NCBI GenBank assembly: GCA_048938855.1
Contig: JBHLLT010000015.1
Coordinates: forward strand, 10,833-74,832
Source of the DNA: Promethearchaeota archaeon
GTDB taxonomy: Archaea; Asgardarchaeota; Lokiarchaeia; Sigyniarchaeales; SOKP01
Direction of reading: 5' to 3'
DNA: 64,000 bases
Below the pieces are notes generated by a model. It did no database searches. It was not told the DNA's origin and saw nothing but the letters and a program-made list of their open reading frames with translations. Positions 50,010 to 59,846 of this stretch are shown piece by piece. Positions within the stretch are counted from its first letter, which is position 1; every line of letters begins with the position of its first letter. Position numbers and translations under genes: made by a program.

Positions 50010-50783
50010 ATGTCATATCCTAACTTTCCAAATAAATATCAGGAGAAATCTTTATCAACTGCTAAAAGATTTTGGAACTATAAAAGAAAAATAGGGAGAA
50101 CTCCTAAGATTGAGCCTCCTAAAGGTGTTATTATTTGTTATTCCACCCGACTTCTTAACTATATAATAGAAAATCATTCAGCGGAAAAAGTTGATTTTGT
50201 TTTTGGAGATTCTTTCTACCTTTTAGAGGAGGAGGGTCAACAATTAGGAGTATGTGGTGGTTTTGGAATTGGTGCTCCTATTGTTGGAATTATACTGGAG
50301 GAGCTAACTGAATTTGGTGTAAAATCGTTTTTATCAATAGGAACAGCAGGTGCTCTCCAAAAAGAATTAAAATTGGGAAGTTTAGTAATCTGTGATAGAG
50401 CAATCCGCGATGAGGGTACATCGCATCACTACTTAGAAGTTGAAAAGTATTCATATGCATCAAAAAAAATAACTAAAAAACTATGTGAAGTTATGAAAAA
50501 ATTACATCTAGAGTACACTATTGGAACTACTTGGACTATTGATGCCCCCTATCGGGAAACTTTCTCTGAGATTGCTAGGTATAAACAAGAGCATGTTTTA
50601 ACTGTTGATATGGAAGCTGCGGCTTTCTTCGCTGTAGCACAATATTTAGGTGTAGATGCTGGAGTAATATTTACAATAAGTGATTATTTAAGTGAGGATG
50701 ATTGGGAATTACACTTTCATTTAACTGAAGAATTTTTGCATAAATTATTTCTTATAGCAAAAGAAACCATAAATTCTCTTTAA
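50010..50783 (+). CDS. Nucleoside phosphorylase (PNP/UDP family 1)
   Basis: GIGAP, IGTAGAL, AIRDEGTSHHY, WTIDAPYRET and VDMEAA motifs. Confidence 0.92.
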   Translation: MSYPNFPNKYQEKSLSTAKRFWNYKRKIGRTPKIEPPKGVIICYSTRLLNYIIENHSAEKVDFVFGDSFYLLEEEGQQLGVCGGFGIGAPIVGIILEELTEFGVKSFLSIGTAGALQKELKLGSLVICDRAIRDEGTSHHYLEVEKYSYASKKITKKLCEVMKKLHLEYTIGTTWTIDAPYRETFSEIARYKQEHVLTVDMEAAAFFAVAQYLGVDAGVIFTISDYLSEDDWELHFHLTEEFLHKLFLIAKETINSL

Positions 50784-50822
50784 TATTTAATTATAACCTA
50801 AAATAAAATTATGTGATTTTAA

Positions 50823-51683
50823 ATGAAGTTTGAAACAATTAAATTTAATCTAAGAGAAGATGGGATAGGTTTATTAACCTTAAATAGACCAGATAAATTA
50901 AATGCTTTGAATTTTCAAATGATCGAAGATTTGCACTCATTACTTGACCATTTAATGGTAAATCTAGATTGTCGTGTTCTTATTCTAAAGGCAGCAGGAA
51001 AGGTTTTTTGTGCAGGTTTGGATCTCAAAGAATCTACTGTACTTCAATCCAAAAAAAAGCCTGAGGAACTAAAAGAGAAATTTTTCTTCATGAGGGCTCC
51101 AGATAAAGATACTATTAAAGCAAAAATATATGCACAAGCTCGTGCTAGTCAAATAATTGTCAAAATGAGAAAAATAAGTCAGCCTATTATTACCATTATA
51201 CAAGGACCAGCTACAGGAGCGGGATTTACATTGACTTTAGCGGCAGACATAAGAATTGCAGGTGAAAATGCCAAATTGGCGAACTCATTTATCAATGTTG
51301 GTTTTTCTGGTGCAGATTTAGCAAGTAGTTATCACTTACCTCGTTTAATAGGTATGTCTCGTGCTGCTGAGATACTTTATACTGGACGCTTTATTGAAGC
51401 TAAAGAAGCTGAAAAAATAGGACTGATTTTTAAAGTAGTAGAAGGTGATGAAATTAAATTACTTGAAGCTGCTATAGAAATTGCTGAAAATCTTCTTTCT
51501 AAAAGTCCACTAGGGCTACGAATGACCAAAGAAGCAATTAATATTTCACTTGATTCACCAAGTTTAGATACGATTATGCAAATAGAAAACCGAACACAGA
51601 TGTTATGTTCAACATCGACAGATCTCTTAGAAGGTGTTAATGCTTTTTTTGAGAAAAGAAAACCTAAGTATCCAAAATCATGA
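50823..51683 (+). CDS. Enoyl-CoA hydratase/isomerase (crotonase) family protein
   Basis: LNRPDKLNAL, FCAGLDL, ADIRIA and AFFEKRKP motifs. Confidence 0.92.
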   Translation: MKFETIKFNLREDGIGLLTLNRPDKLNALNFQMIEDLHSLLDHLMVNLDCRVLILKAAGKVFCAGLDLKESTVLQSKKKPEELKEKFFFMRAPDKDTIKAKIYAQARASQIIVKMRKISQPIITIIQGPATGAGFTLTLAADIRIAGENAKLANSFINVGFSGADLASSYHLPRLIGMSRAAEILYTGRFIEAKEAEKIGLIFKVVEGDEIKLLEAAIEIAENLLSKSPLGLRMTKEAINISLDSPSLDTIMQIENRTQMLCSTSTDLLEGVNAFFEKRKPKYPKS

Positions 51684-51707
51684 ATAAATATATAGCTGTG
51701 AATTTAT

Positions 51708-52553
51708 ATGAAATACAAAACAATTAAATTTGAACTACAAGAAAATGGCATCGGAATTTTAACTTTAAATAGGCCTGAAAAATTAAATGCGATTTCCTTT
51801 CAGATGGAAGAAGATCTTCATCTAATTTTTGATAATCTTATGACAAATATGGAATGCCGAGTATTAATATTTCGAGGAGAGGGAAGAGCATTTTCTGCAG
51901 GAACTGATTTACAAGAAGGTTTAATTCTCAATTCAAAGAAAACTCCGGAAGGATACGATAAATTTTATTTCTTAAATGTATCCGAGCCAATAAAAAGAAA
52001 AATATATCACCAATGGCGTATAACACAAATTATTGTGAAAATGAGAAAAATTCCTCAACCTATTATTGCTGCTGTCCATGGTGCTGTAGCAGGAGGGGGA
52101 CTAGGATTTGCTATGGCTTCTGATATTAGAATTGCTTGTGAAGATGTTAATTTTATTAATGCTTCCATCAATATTGGATTAACGGGAGCAGATATGGGAA
52201 GTAGTTATTTCCTACCTCGTCTTATTAATCTTTCAAGAGCTACTGAAATAGTTTATAGCGGGAGAGGGGTTTCTGGGAGGGAAGCTGAAAAAATAGGATT
52301 TATCTTAAAAATTGTGGAACAGAAAGATCTATTAGATAATGCTATAGAATTAGCAGAACTATTGTTGACTAAAAGCCCTTTAGGGTTGCGCATGACTAAA
52401 GAAGCTCTTAACTTATCACTCGATTCTCCAAGTCTAAATAACATGCTGCAATTTGAAAATAGTTCTATTGTTTTGAGTTTCTCTTCTAAAGATGTAAATG
52501 AAGCTTCAAGTGCTTTTTTTGGAAAAAGAAAACCAAAATATCCCTTAAGATGA
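51708..52553 (+). CDS. Enoyl-CoA hydratase/isomerase family protein (tandem paralog)
   Basis: LNRPEKLNAI, FSAGTDL, GAVAGGG and SDIRIA motifs. Confidence 0.92.
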   Translation: MKYKTIKFELQENGIGILTLNRPEKLNAISFQMEEDLHLIFDNLMTNMECRVLIFRGEGRAFSAGTDLQEGLILNSKKTPEGYDKFYFLNVSEPIKRKIYHQWRITQIIVKMRKIPQPIIAAVHGAVAGGGLGFAMASDIRIACEDVNFINASINIGLTGADMGSSYFLPRLINLSRATEIVYSGRGVSGREAEKIGFILKIVEQKDLLDNAIELAELLLTKSPLGLRMTKEALNLSLDSPSLNNMLQFENSSIVLSFSSKDVNEASSAFFGKRKPKYPLR

Positions 52554-52632
52554 TATTTTGAACACTAATTTTTAAATTCTATAAAATTTATATATTGCCT
52601 TTTATTCATAGAATTTAATAAAAATTCAGTAG

Positions 52633-53226
52633 GTGAGACAAAAAATTTCAGATATTTATGTCCCAATTGATTTTTCAGATCTTAAATCCGTGATCCCTCC
52701 AGGAGAAGACATTATATATAGTACATTATGTAAAGGCAGAGCAACTGTTATGAGTAAATGGGATGCTAGAAAGAATATTACAACTACTTGGGTTACACAT
52801 GTTCTGTTTACTGAGAATGGTGTTGCATGGGTTAAACCTAATTATTGGAAGAAAAAGAAACCTTCCACTCAAGAATATAATTCTCTAGTGGATATTGATT
52901 ATGTTTTTTATGATAAGGTACCTAGTTTCAGGATAAGTCCTGCAAGAATATTTCTTGCAAGAGAAGTAAATTTTGAAACTAAAGAAAAATTTGTGGAACG
53001 ATGTGAAGAGTTTTTACTTAAATTCGCACCACTAATAGTTCAGAAAAAAGAAGAATGGTTACAGCAAAATGAAAATAATCCAGAGATTAGAGAAAAATAT
53101 AAAAAAAGAGTTAGTAAGCATATAACGAAAATGAATAATCAATTGAGAGACGAGATGGTAAAAAGAGAAAGAAAAGCAGCAAAAATGGCAGCAAAAGCAG
53201 CGAAAAAGGCGGCAAAGGGAAAATAA
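52633..53226 (+). CDS. Hypothetical protein with Lys/Ala-rich C-terminal tail
   Basis: 197-aa ORF ending KAAKMAAKAAKKAAKGK. Confidence 0.6.
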   Translation: MRQKISDIYVPIDFSDLKSVIPPGEDIIYSTLCKGRATVMSKWDARKNITTTWVTHVLFTENGVAWVKPNYWKKKKPSTQEYNSLVDIDYVFYDKVPSFRISPARIFLAREVNFETKEKFVERCEEFLLKFAPLIVQKKEEWLQQNENNPEIREKYKKRVSKHITKMNNQLRDEMVKRERKAAKMAAKAAKKAAKGK

Positions 53227-53286
53227 TTTATTAAATTTAGTTTAAAATAAATATAATTAATTTTTAAGACTTTTTAGTCGATTAAA

Positions 53287-53850
53287 ATGAAATTTGAAGA
53301 TTTTCCAAAGAAATGCATTAAATGCAAGAAATCTGATGTGGAATTACATAAATTTACATATGCTTCATCCATAGGAAATCGCACAATATCGTTTAGTTTT
53401 CCTGTATGCTCATTATGTAAACCAAAGTTTGAAAGATCAAATAAAATCGAAAATGCCTTTAAAACTATGAGATATATAACTATAATTAGTGGCATCATTA
53501 CTATTTTTATGATTATAGCACTAATCAGTGGGTTCAGTTCTGCTGGAAATAATATAATATTATTTATAGCGGCGATAATAACTATTATTGGTTTAGGTCT
53601 CTATATAACATTGATGGTAGATGTGTACAGAATTAAACATTTTTTTATTTTGAAAAAAAGTGGTGAGATTATATTTAAAAATAAGGAATATCAACAAGAA
53701 ATTATAGACCATGTAGTTGAGGAAGAATTAGAAAAAGCGGAAAAATTAAAAACTGGAATAGGTACGATCTATTGTCCAAAATGTGGATCACAACAGATTA
53801 GGGGAATTGATTTTTGTAATAACTGTGGTAAAGAGTTAAGAGATCTATAA
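53287..53850 (+). CDS. Membrane protein with zinc-ribbon domains
   Basis: CIKC...CSLC, 2 TM, CPKCG...CNNCG. Confidence 0.75.
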   Translation: MKFEDFPKKCIKCKKSDVELHKFTYASSIGNRTISFSFPVCSLCKPKFERSNKIENAFKTMRYITIISGIITIFMIIALISGFSSAGNNIILFIAAIITIIGLGLYITLMVDVYRIKHFFILKKSGEIIFKNKEYQQEIIDHVVEEELEKAEKLKTGIGTIYCPKCGSQQIRGIDFCNNCGKELRDL

Positions 53851-53891
53851 TTTAATTTATCTAATTTAAAATCATTATCAGGTGATTAAAA

Positions 53892-54191
53892 ATAACAAGA
53901 ACCATTCGAGAATATTGTTTTTCATTCATATTAATTGGAATTATTGTTGTAACAGCTTTAATTCTTATGCCGTTTTTTGGACCACAACCTCTTTCAAATC
54001 CAGTCGCAGTAGTAATTTTGATTACTGTGGTTATAATTTCATGCTTATTATTAAGTTTTAATAGGTACATTTCAGCTTTTTTCAGATCAAAATCACAAGA
54101 GAAAAAGCAAGTTGAATTAATTTGCCCTAGATGCCAAATCCTTGTTGATAAAACATCAGGAATTTGTCCTCAATGTGGTAATAAATTGTAA
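53892..54191 (+). CDS. 2-TM membrane protein with C-terminal zinc ribbon (probable ATA start)
   Basis: ORF track starts at 53967; the frame is open 25 codons upstream to ATA 53892, preceded by AGGTGA; CPRC...CPQCG at the C-terminus. Confidence 0.6.
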   Translation: MTRTIREYCFSFILIGIIVVTALILMPFFGPQPLSNPVAVVILITVVIISCLLLSFNRYISAFFRSKSQEKKQVELICPRCQILVDKTSGICPQCGNKL

Positions 54192-54349
54192 ATTGTTTTT
54201 TTTATTTTTTTTTTTTCCAAATTACCCAAACTTATCAAAATAGCTCAAGAGAGTAAATATCTTTAACACTATATTTTCTTTAAGGAGTGATTAGAATCAC
54301 GTTATAAAAAACCATATTTTTTATAGAATTGAAATAATAATAATTTATA

Positions 54350-55699
54350 TTGAAAAAGGGAGTAATCATGGAAGAAGTTAAAAAGAAACCAAGATTAAAA
54401 CGTAAAGTGTCTTTATTTGCACTTACAATATATGGAGTAGGAAATATTTTAGGTGCTGGTATCTATGGACTAATAGGATCAGTTGCAGGGTTAACAGGAG
54501 ATCTTTCTTGGCTCTCTTTTATATTAGCTGCTATAACTGGGGCGTTTACAGGATTATCTTATGCAGAACTTTCTGCTATGTATCCAAAAAGTGCTGCTGA
54601 GTTTGTATATACAGAAGAAGCTTTTAAAAAACGAATATTATCCTTTAGTTTGGGTTGGATTATTATTTTTTCAGGAGTTTTATCTGCCTCTACAGTATCT
54701 TTAGTCTTTGGGGGGTATCTTTCTGATTTAATGGGCGTTAACTCGATTTTTCTTAATATCCTTTTTGCGATTATTCTCGTTGTAATTCTAAGTCTTATAA
54801 ATTTAATTGGAATTAAAACATCTACTCGTACCAATATAATATTTACTTTTATTGAAGCATCAGGTTTAATAATTATAATATTTTTAGGTTTGTTTGGAGA
54901 TAAGAATCCTAATTATTTTGCTCCTCCTCCAGGATCTTCCTTTCTAGTTGTCTTCTCTGCAGTGGCATTGGTATTTTTTGCCTATATAGGATTTGAAGAT
55001 ATTGCTAATATCGCTGAAGAAGTAAAAGAACCTCATAAAAACTTACCCAAGGCTATTATTTATTCGATTATTATTACTACTATTTTATATTGCTTTGTTG
55101 CAATTTCTATGGTTAAAATTTTGGATTTTCCTGCAATCGCAGCTTCTGATGCACCTTTACGAGACGTTGCTGAGGAAATCCTCGGACCATTCGGAGGCAT
55201 ACTTTTATCTCTAATTGCTCTATTTGCTACAGCTAATACAATTCTCATCATGTTAATTGTTACCTCTCGTATGATGTACGGGATGGCCAGAGATAAAGCT
55301 CTTCCAAGAGGGTTGAAAAAAATATCACCTAAATATAGAACACCTATAATTTCCGTTTTCTTAACTATGTGTTTCACAATTGTTCCAATCTTCTTTGGAG
55401 ATATTTCAATAGTCGCACATGCCACAGTCTTTGGCGTACTTATAAACTTCATCTTAGTTAATATAAGTTTACTTGCTTTACGCAGAAATAAACCTGATCA
55501 GGAAAGGCCTTTTATATTAAAGCCAACTATCAAGGGCTACCCAATAATAGCAATATTAGGAGCAGTTATATGTATTACTCTATTATTTACATTTAATTGG
55601 CTAACGGTTCTTATTCAGGTAATAATTATTATTGTTGGAATCGTAGTATTTTATGCAATGAAATCAAAAATTGAAACTAAAACCATAAGAAAATATTGA
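54350..55699 (+). CDS. APC-family amino acid permease
   Basis: GNILGAGIY, SYAELSAMYP, FAYIGFE..ANIAEE and SRMMYGMARD motifs. Confidence 0.93.
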   Translation: MKKGVIMEEVKKKPRLKRKVSLFALTIYGVGNILGAGIYGLIGSVAGLTGDLSWLSFILAAITGAFTGLSYAELSAMYPKSAAEFVYTEEAFKKRILSFSLGWIIIFSGVLSASTVSLVFGGYLSDLMGVNSIFLNILFAIILVVILSLINLIGIKTSTRTNIIFTFIEASGLIIIIFLGLFGDKNPNYFAPPPGSSFLVVFSAVALVFFAYIGFEDIANIAEEVKEPHKNLPKAIIYSIIITTILYCFVAISMVKILDFPAIAASDAPLRDVAEEILGPFGGILLSLIALFATANTILIMLIVTSRMMYGMARDKALPRGLKKISPKYRTPIISVFLTMCFTIVPIFFGDISIVAHATVFGVLINFILVNISLLALRRNKPDQERPFILKPTIKGYPIIAILGAVICITLLFTFNWLTVLIQVIIIIVGIVVFYAMKSKIETKTIRKY

Positions 55700-55706
55700 A
55701 AATAAG

Positions 55707-56447
55707 TTATAGTTCATCAATACTACAATATCCTATAAAATCATCTCGTAAAAACATTTTGAAAGGTAAATCTTTATGTTCATATTTTTTCAAAATGTCC
55801 ACTAGGATGTCATGCCCTGGTTTAGTAAAAACCTTTTTAAATTCTTCACCAACACCTTCAAAAAACTGATATTGCTGTAATACAAAATTGCCTTCAAATC
55901 CAACATTCTTAAGAAATAATAATATATGGTTTATATCATCCGCATTTAATAACTTACCTACAAAGGTAGTACGGATTTCAAAATCAACCTTTCTTTGACT
56001 ATTTACGAGATTTATTGTCTCTAGAATTTTATCAATATTTACATTGACTCCTGCGATTTTTCGAAGTTTATTTTGTTCTGGAGGCCCTTTTAAATCTAAA
56101 GCGACTCTATTAATGAACGGTGCGATTTTTTTTATCACTTCTGGATTTGATCCGTTAGTATCGATGCTTGAATATTTCCCTAATTTTTTAATTTCTTTAC
56201 ACAACTCAAATAGGTCAGGTTGCAAGGTTGGTTCACCCCCGGTAATGCTGACTCCGCTTACTAATAGGTTAGTACTGATTATATCTCTTAATTCTTCGAT
56301 TTTATAATCTCTTCCTACATTTGGATGTAATAAGTATTTATTGTGGCAAAATTCACATTTAAAATTGCACCCTACAGTGAAAAGAACCATACTGGATCTT
56401 CCTGGGATATCTTTAGTTGATATGTCAATGATTCCTCCGAGTCGCAT
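55707..56447 (-). CDS. Radical SAM glycyl-radical activating enzyme (NrdG-like)
   Basis: GCNFKCEFCHN, ITGGEPTLQ, IDTNGS, ALDLKG and FEIRTT motifs; N-terminus of the anaerobic-RNR-activase type. Confidence 0.85.
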   Translation of the reverse strand: MRLGGIIDISTKDIPGRSSMVLFTVGCNFKCEFCHNKYLLHPNVGRDYKIEELRDIISTNLLVSGVSITGGEPTLQPDLFELCKEIKKLGKYSSIDTNGSNPEVIKKIAPFINRVALDLKGPPEQNKLRKIAGVNVNIDKILETINLVNSQRKVDFEIRTTFVGKLLNADDINHILLFLKNVGFEGNFVLQQYQFFEGVGEEFKKVFTKPGHDILVDILKKYEHKDLPFKMFLRDDFIGYCSIDEL

Positions 56448-56454
56448 GGCTAGA

Positions 56455-57348
56455 TTAATATTTTTCTTTAATTAACTTTTCTACTTGATATAATGGTAAA
56501 TTGAAAGGTCCTGGAGATTCCAATTTAAGAGATGTTAGAGCTGCAGAATACTTTAAGGAATCTTCAGGATTTTTTTTTAATCTCGAACCTATATAGCTTA
56601 TTAAGGCAGTATCCCCTCTTCCAGTTCTCCCTATGGAACTATGATTTTTCCAAGGAAATGAAAATAATCTATTGGAAGCATATAAAGTAATTCCTCTCTC
56701 ATGAGTTACTAAAACTTCGTTTGGTCCAAAAGTTCCTAATTCTTTAGCCGCATTAGGAATACTTTGAAGACCAGTTAAAATTTGAGCTTCCTTTTGATCT
56801 AATTTTAAAACAGCTATATTAGACAGAATTTCTTTCTTTTCTTTTAGAGAAAGAGTTGAATAAAACACTTTTATATGATCTCTAAATCGAATAAATCCTT
56901 GTATATCAAGGCATATATTATTAAACTTACTTTTAAGATAATCCAATAGCTCTAAATCAACCTCTCCAGCAACAATATTACCAAGTACAAAAAACTTTGG
57001 AGGTACTTTAAACTCTGGTATATCTTCCTTTTTAAATAAACCAGCAAATCCTAAAGGAGTATACTCTCTAAATTCCATATTTTTTGATGAATATATATTT
57101 TTTAGGCCAGATGTTTCTTCAGAAGGATAAGCGACATATAAAACTCCATTTTTTTTAAGAATATCTAAAAGTGGAAAATCTTCCTTTTTCAATCTTGTAA
57201 TAACAATAATTTTTAATCCCATATGTGCCCCAGTTATTCCACCATAATAAACTGAACCTCCTAAACTTGTATTGCTGATTCCATCTATTTCAATGATATC
57301 TTTAGCAAAATGACCTAAAATTACGATATCTGCTGATCTAATGTTCAT
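56455..57348 (-). CDS. PfkB-family carbohydrate kinase
   Basis: GHFAKD...GGSVYYG, LDIQG and C-terminal RTGRGDT (anion hole/catalytic Asp). Start moved to ATG 57348. Confidence 0.85.
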   Translation of the reverse strand: MNIRSADIVILGHFAKDIIEIDGISNTSLGGSVYYGGITGAHMGLKIIVITRLKKEDFPLLDILKKNGVLYVAYPSEETSGLKNIYSSKNMEFREYTPLGFAGLFKKEDIPEFKVPPKFFVLGNIVAGEVDLELLDYLKSKFNNICLDIQGFIRFRDHIKVFYSTLSLKEKKEILSNIAVLKLDQKEAQILTGLQSIPNAAKELGTFGPNEVLVTHERGITLYASNRLFSFPWKNHSSIGRTGRGDTALISYIGSRLKKNPEDSLKYSAALTSLKLESPGPFNLPLYQVEKLIKEKY

Positions 57349-57428
57349 GAATATAATAAAAAATAAAATAAAAATTAAGAAATTATTGGTTAACAAGATA
57401 AAGAATTTGAGTTAGAAAAAGATTGAGT

Positions 57429-57590
57429 CTATGATGGGGAATTGATTTTTTTATTTTTATTTATCCCGTCAATAAAGCTTTCTAAAATTTTCTCCTTTAT
57501 CTTTAAATGCTCTAGGGAAGGAATTTTATTAATTTGCCTAGTACTTCCTTCGATACTTTTAATAATATCGGAACTCACTTTTTTTAGCAT
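57429..57590 (-). CDS. Possible small hypothetical protein (53 aa)
   Basis: MLKKVSSDIIKSIEGSTRQINKIPSLEHLKIKEKILESFIDGINKNKKINSPS; no recognisable motif. Confidence 0.3.
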   Translation of the reverse strand: MLKKVSSDIIKSIEGSTRQINKIPSLEHLKIKEKILESFIDGINKNKKINSPS

Positions 57591-57905
57591 TTTTTTTTAC
57601 TTTTTTTAATATTCCTCGCAATTTTGTTTAATTTTAAATCTGTTTTTTAATAGATCATATAGTTTTTCTTATATATAAACTTTGCCCACATCTTTCCCAC
57701 TCAAAACAATCTGATTAGAACATTAATACGCACCAAATTTTCATATAAACAATGTTCAGATATTTTTAAAGTTAATTCATTTTTTTCAAATCCACTTTAA
57801 TATAATATAGATATAAGTGAATATTTTCTAATCAAAAGGTTTTTTAATGGTTTTTAACTCTCTTTATTACAATTTAGTACATTTTAATTAGGTATAGTTT
57901 TTAAC

Positions 57906-58190
57906 ATGATTTTTGAAAACTTAATTGGATTATTAAAAAAGAAAGGTTTTAAAGACACCTTCGCTGTTCTCATTAACCAGAAAGACTATAAAACGGATAA
58001 GCATACATTCTATAATGAGTTGAATAAATTCTCATATTATAATTCATTTTTTCGGGTGAAAGAGGAATTAATAAAAAAAGGGTTAATTGTTTTTGAAAAT
58101 ACAAGTAAAGTAAAAACGATTAAACTTACGGAGAAAGGCCTAGAAGTTTATAACAAATTGAAAGACATTAGCGATATGCTTAAAAATTAA
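57906..58190 (+). CDS. Small winged-helix DNA-binding protein
   Basis: ELIKKGLI...IKLTEKGLEVY wing motif. Confidence 0.75.
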   Translation: MIFENLIGLLKKKGFKDTFAVLINQKDYKTDKHTFYNELNKFSYYNSFFRVKEELIKKGLIVFENTSKVKTIKLTEKGLEVYNKLKDISDMLKN

Positions 58191-58238
58191 TCCTCTTTTT
58201 TTTTTTCGATCTCTAATTCTAAAAGAAGTGCTGTTTTA

Positions 58239-58871
58239 TTGATAATAAAAAGATTTGTCATTGGACCTTTAGGTACAAATTCTTACATTTTTGGTTCCAG
58301 CAAAACAAAAAAAGTAGTTATTATTGATGTTGGTGGAGAACCTGAAATTATTTTCAGAACAATTGAAGAATTGAATTTAGAACCTATTGGACTACTATTA
58401 ACTCATGGTCATTATGATCACACATTAAAACTCGGGAAAGTTTTAAGACATTTCAACATTCCATTGATGTATAGTAAAAAAGAATTTGATTCTGGTATAT
58501 ATAAGCAAAAAGAAGCCAACCGTTGGCTCTCTGAGGGAGATATCATTGAGATTGGAGATTTTACTCTTTCTGTTTTAGAAACCCCTGGGCATTCTCCAGG
58601 TGCATTATCATATTATTCAAAAGATCCAAAGGAATTTGAAGCAAAAAAAATTGATGGTGTTATCTTTACTGGTGATTTAATTTTTCGACGAAGTATTGGA
58701 CGGTCTGATTTGGGAGGGGGAGATCCACAGTTATTATTTACCAGTATAAGAAATAAAATTATGTATAATCCAGATATTTCAGACAATTTTATTATATTTC
58801 CTGGGCATATGGGTATTACTTCTGTTAAAGAAGAGAGGGAACTAAATATGTTCAAAAATTATTTCTTATAA
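58239..58871 (+). CDS. MBL-fold metallo-hydrolase (glyoxalase II/YcbL-like)
   Basis: THGHYDH, TPGHSPG, FTGDLIF, GRSDL and PGH motifs. Confidence 0.92.
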   Translation: MIIKRFVIGPLGTNSYIFGSSKTKKVVIIDVGGEPEIIFRTIEELNLEPIGLLLTHGHYDHTLKLGKVLRHFNIPLMYSKKEFDSGIYKQKEANRWLSEGDIIEIGDFTLSVLETPGHSPGALSYYSKDPKEFEAKKIDGVIFTGDLIFRRSIGRSDLGGGDPQLLFTSIRNKIMYNPDISDNFIIFPGHMGITSVKEERELNMFKNYFL

Positions 58872-58987
58872 GCAGAGCAGGTCAAATTTTGAAAAAAAAT
58901 TGATAATAAAGAAAAGTTTATCTAAATTTTTAAAAAGACTAAATCTATAATAATTATAATAACAGATTATAAAATTATCGAAGAATC

Positions 58988-59275
58988 ATGATTAACCGTC
59001 AAGAAGTAAAAAATATAATACGGAAATTTGAAGAGCGGGATGAGATTCGTGGAGTGATTATCTGTGATTCGTCTGGCCTACCAATCGATTCAAATATGGA
59101 TATTGAACTGAGTGAAGAAGCAGCAGCTTATATTACATCATTAATAGGAAAAGGTAGGCAAGTTCTCGATGCCTTAAAAGAAGGAGAATTAAAGTTCATT
59201 AGATTAGAAACAGCTAAAAACACAGAAATAATGGTCGCATTGGAAGAGCAGCTGATTTTAATCATTCTAAAATAA
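58988..59275 (+). CDS. Roadblock/LC7 domain protein
   Basis: IRGVIICDSSGLPIDS...AAYITSL...LKFIRLET, a DYNLRB-like pattern. Confidence 0.88.
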   Translation: MINRQEVKNIIRKFEERDEIRGVIICDSSGLPIDSNMDIELSEEAAAYITSLIGKGRQVLDALKEGELKFIRLETAKNTEIMVALEEQLILIILK

Positions 59276-59423
59276 AAAGATATTTTTTCACTTTTCCTTT
59301 TTTATAATTTGATAAATTTAAATTCCTTAAACGATATATTTTACTATATATCTATTTAAGATAATTTCATTATCAATTTCAGAATTCAAATCTATAGAAA
59401 TGATTTTATAAGGGAAGGATACC

Positions 59424-59777
59424 ATGGTTGATAAAAAAACTCTTGAAAAGAAATTAGCTGAGCTAATGGATATTGTACCAGAAACAGAGGGCTTAATAGC
59501 TGCTGATGCTAATGGGAAAGTGATCATAGGTCAAACACTTACTGAGATGGATCACTCGAAAATTGCTAAAGCTTGTGCTACAATTATTAAAGACTCTAAT
59601 ACATTGGGTAAAGATATTGGAAAAGGGTCTTTAAAAACTACAACAATAGAACTGGATAATGGTTATGCTGTTTTAGTGGGTTCAGAGAAAACTGTGCTAA
59701 TTGCTTTAGCTGGAGTTGATGGAAGGAGTTCCCTTGGACTCTTAAAAAGAAATTTAATTTCAATTAGTAATCTCTAA
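59424..59777 (+). CDS. Roadblock/LC7 (MglB/LAMTOR-like) domain protein
   Basis: EGLIAADANGKVI...GSLKTTTIELDNGYAVL...SLGLLKRNL. Confidence 0.88.
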   Translation: MVDKKTLEKKLAELMDIVPETEGLIAADANGKVIIGQTLTEMDHSKIAKACATIIKDSNTLGKDIGKGSLKTTTIELDNGYAVLVGSEKTVLIALAGVDGRSSLGLLKRNLISISNL

Positions 59778-59846
59778 ATTTTATTCTCTTTTTTTTATCT
59801 GATTTGAATAATAAAAAAGTAGATGTTTAGATTCGTCAGATTCAAT

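Noticed and set aside
4656-58855. Numerous short antisense ORFs in the track (e.g. 4656, 4963, 10128, 15419, 20920, 39693, 40032, 44614-46795, 49459, 54559, 55060, 56044, 58613)
   Set aside because: Fully overlap well-supported genes on the opposite strand and carry no motifs; shadow ORFs.
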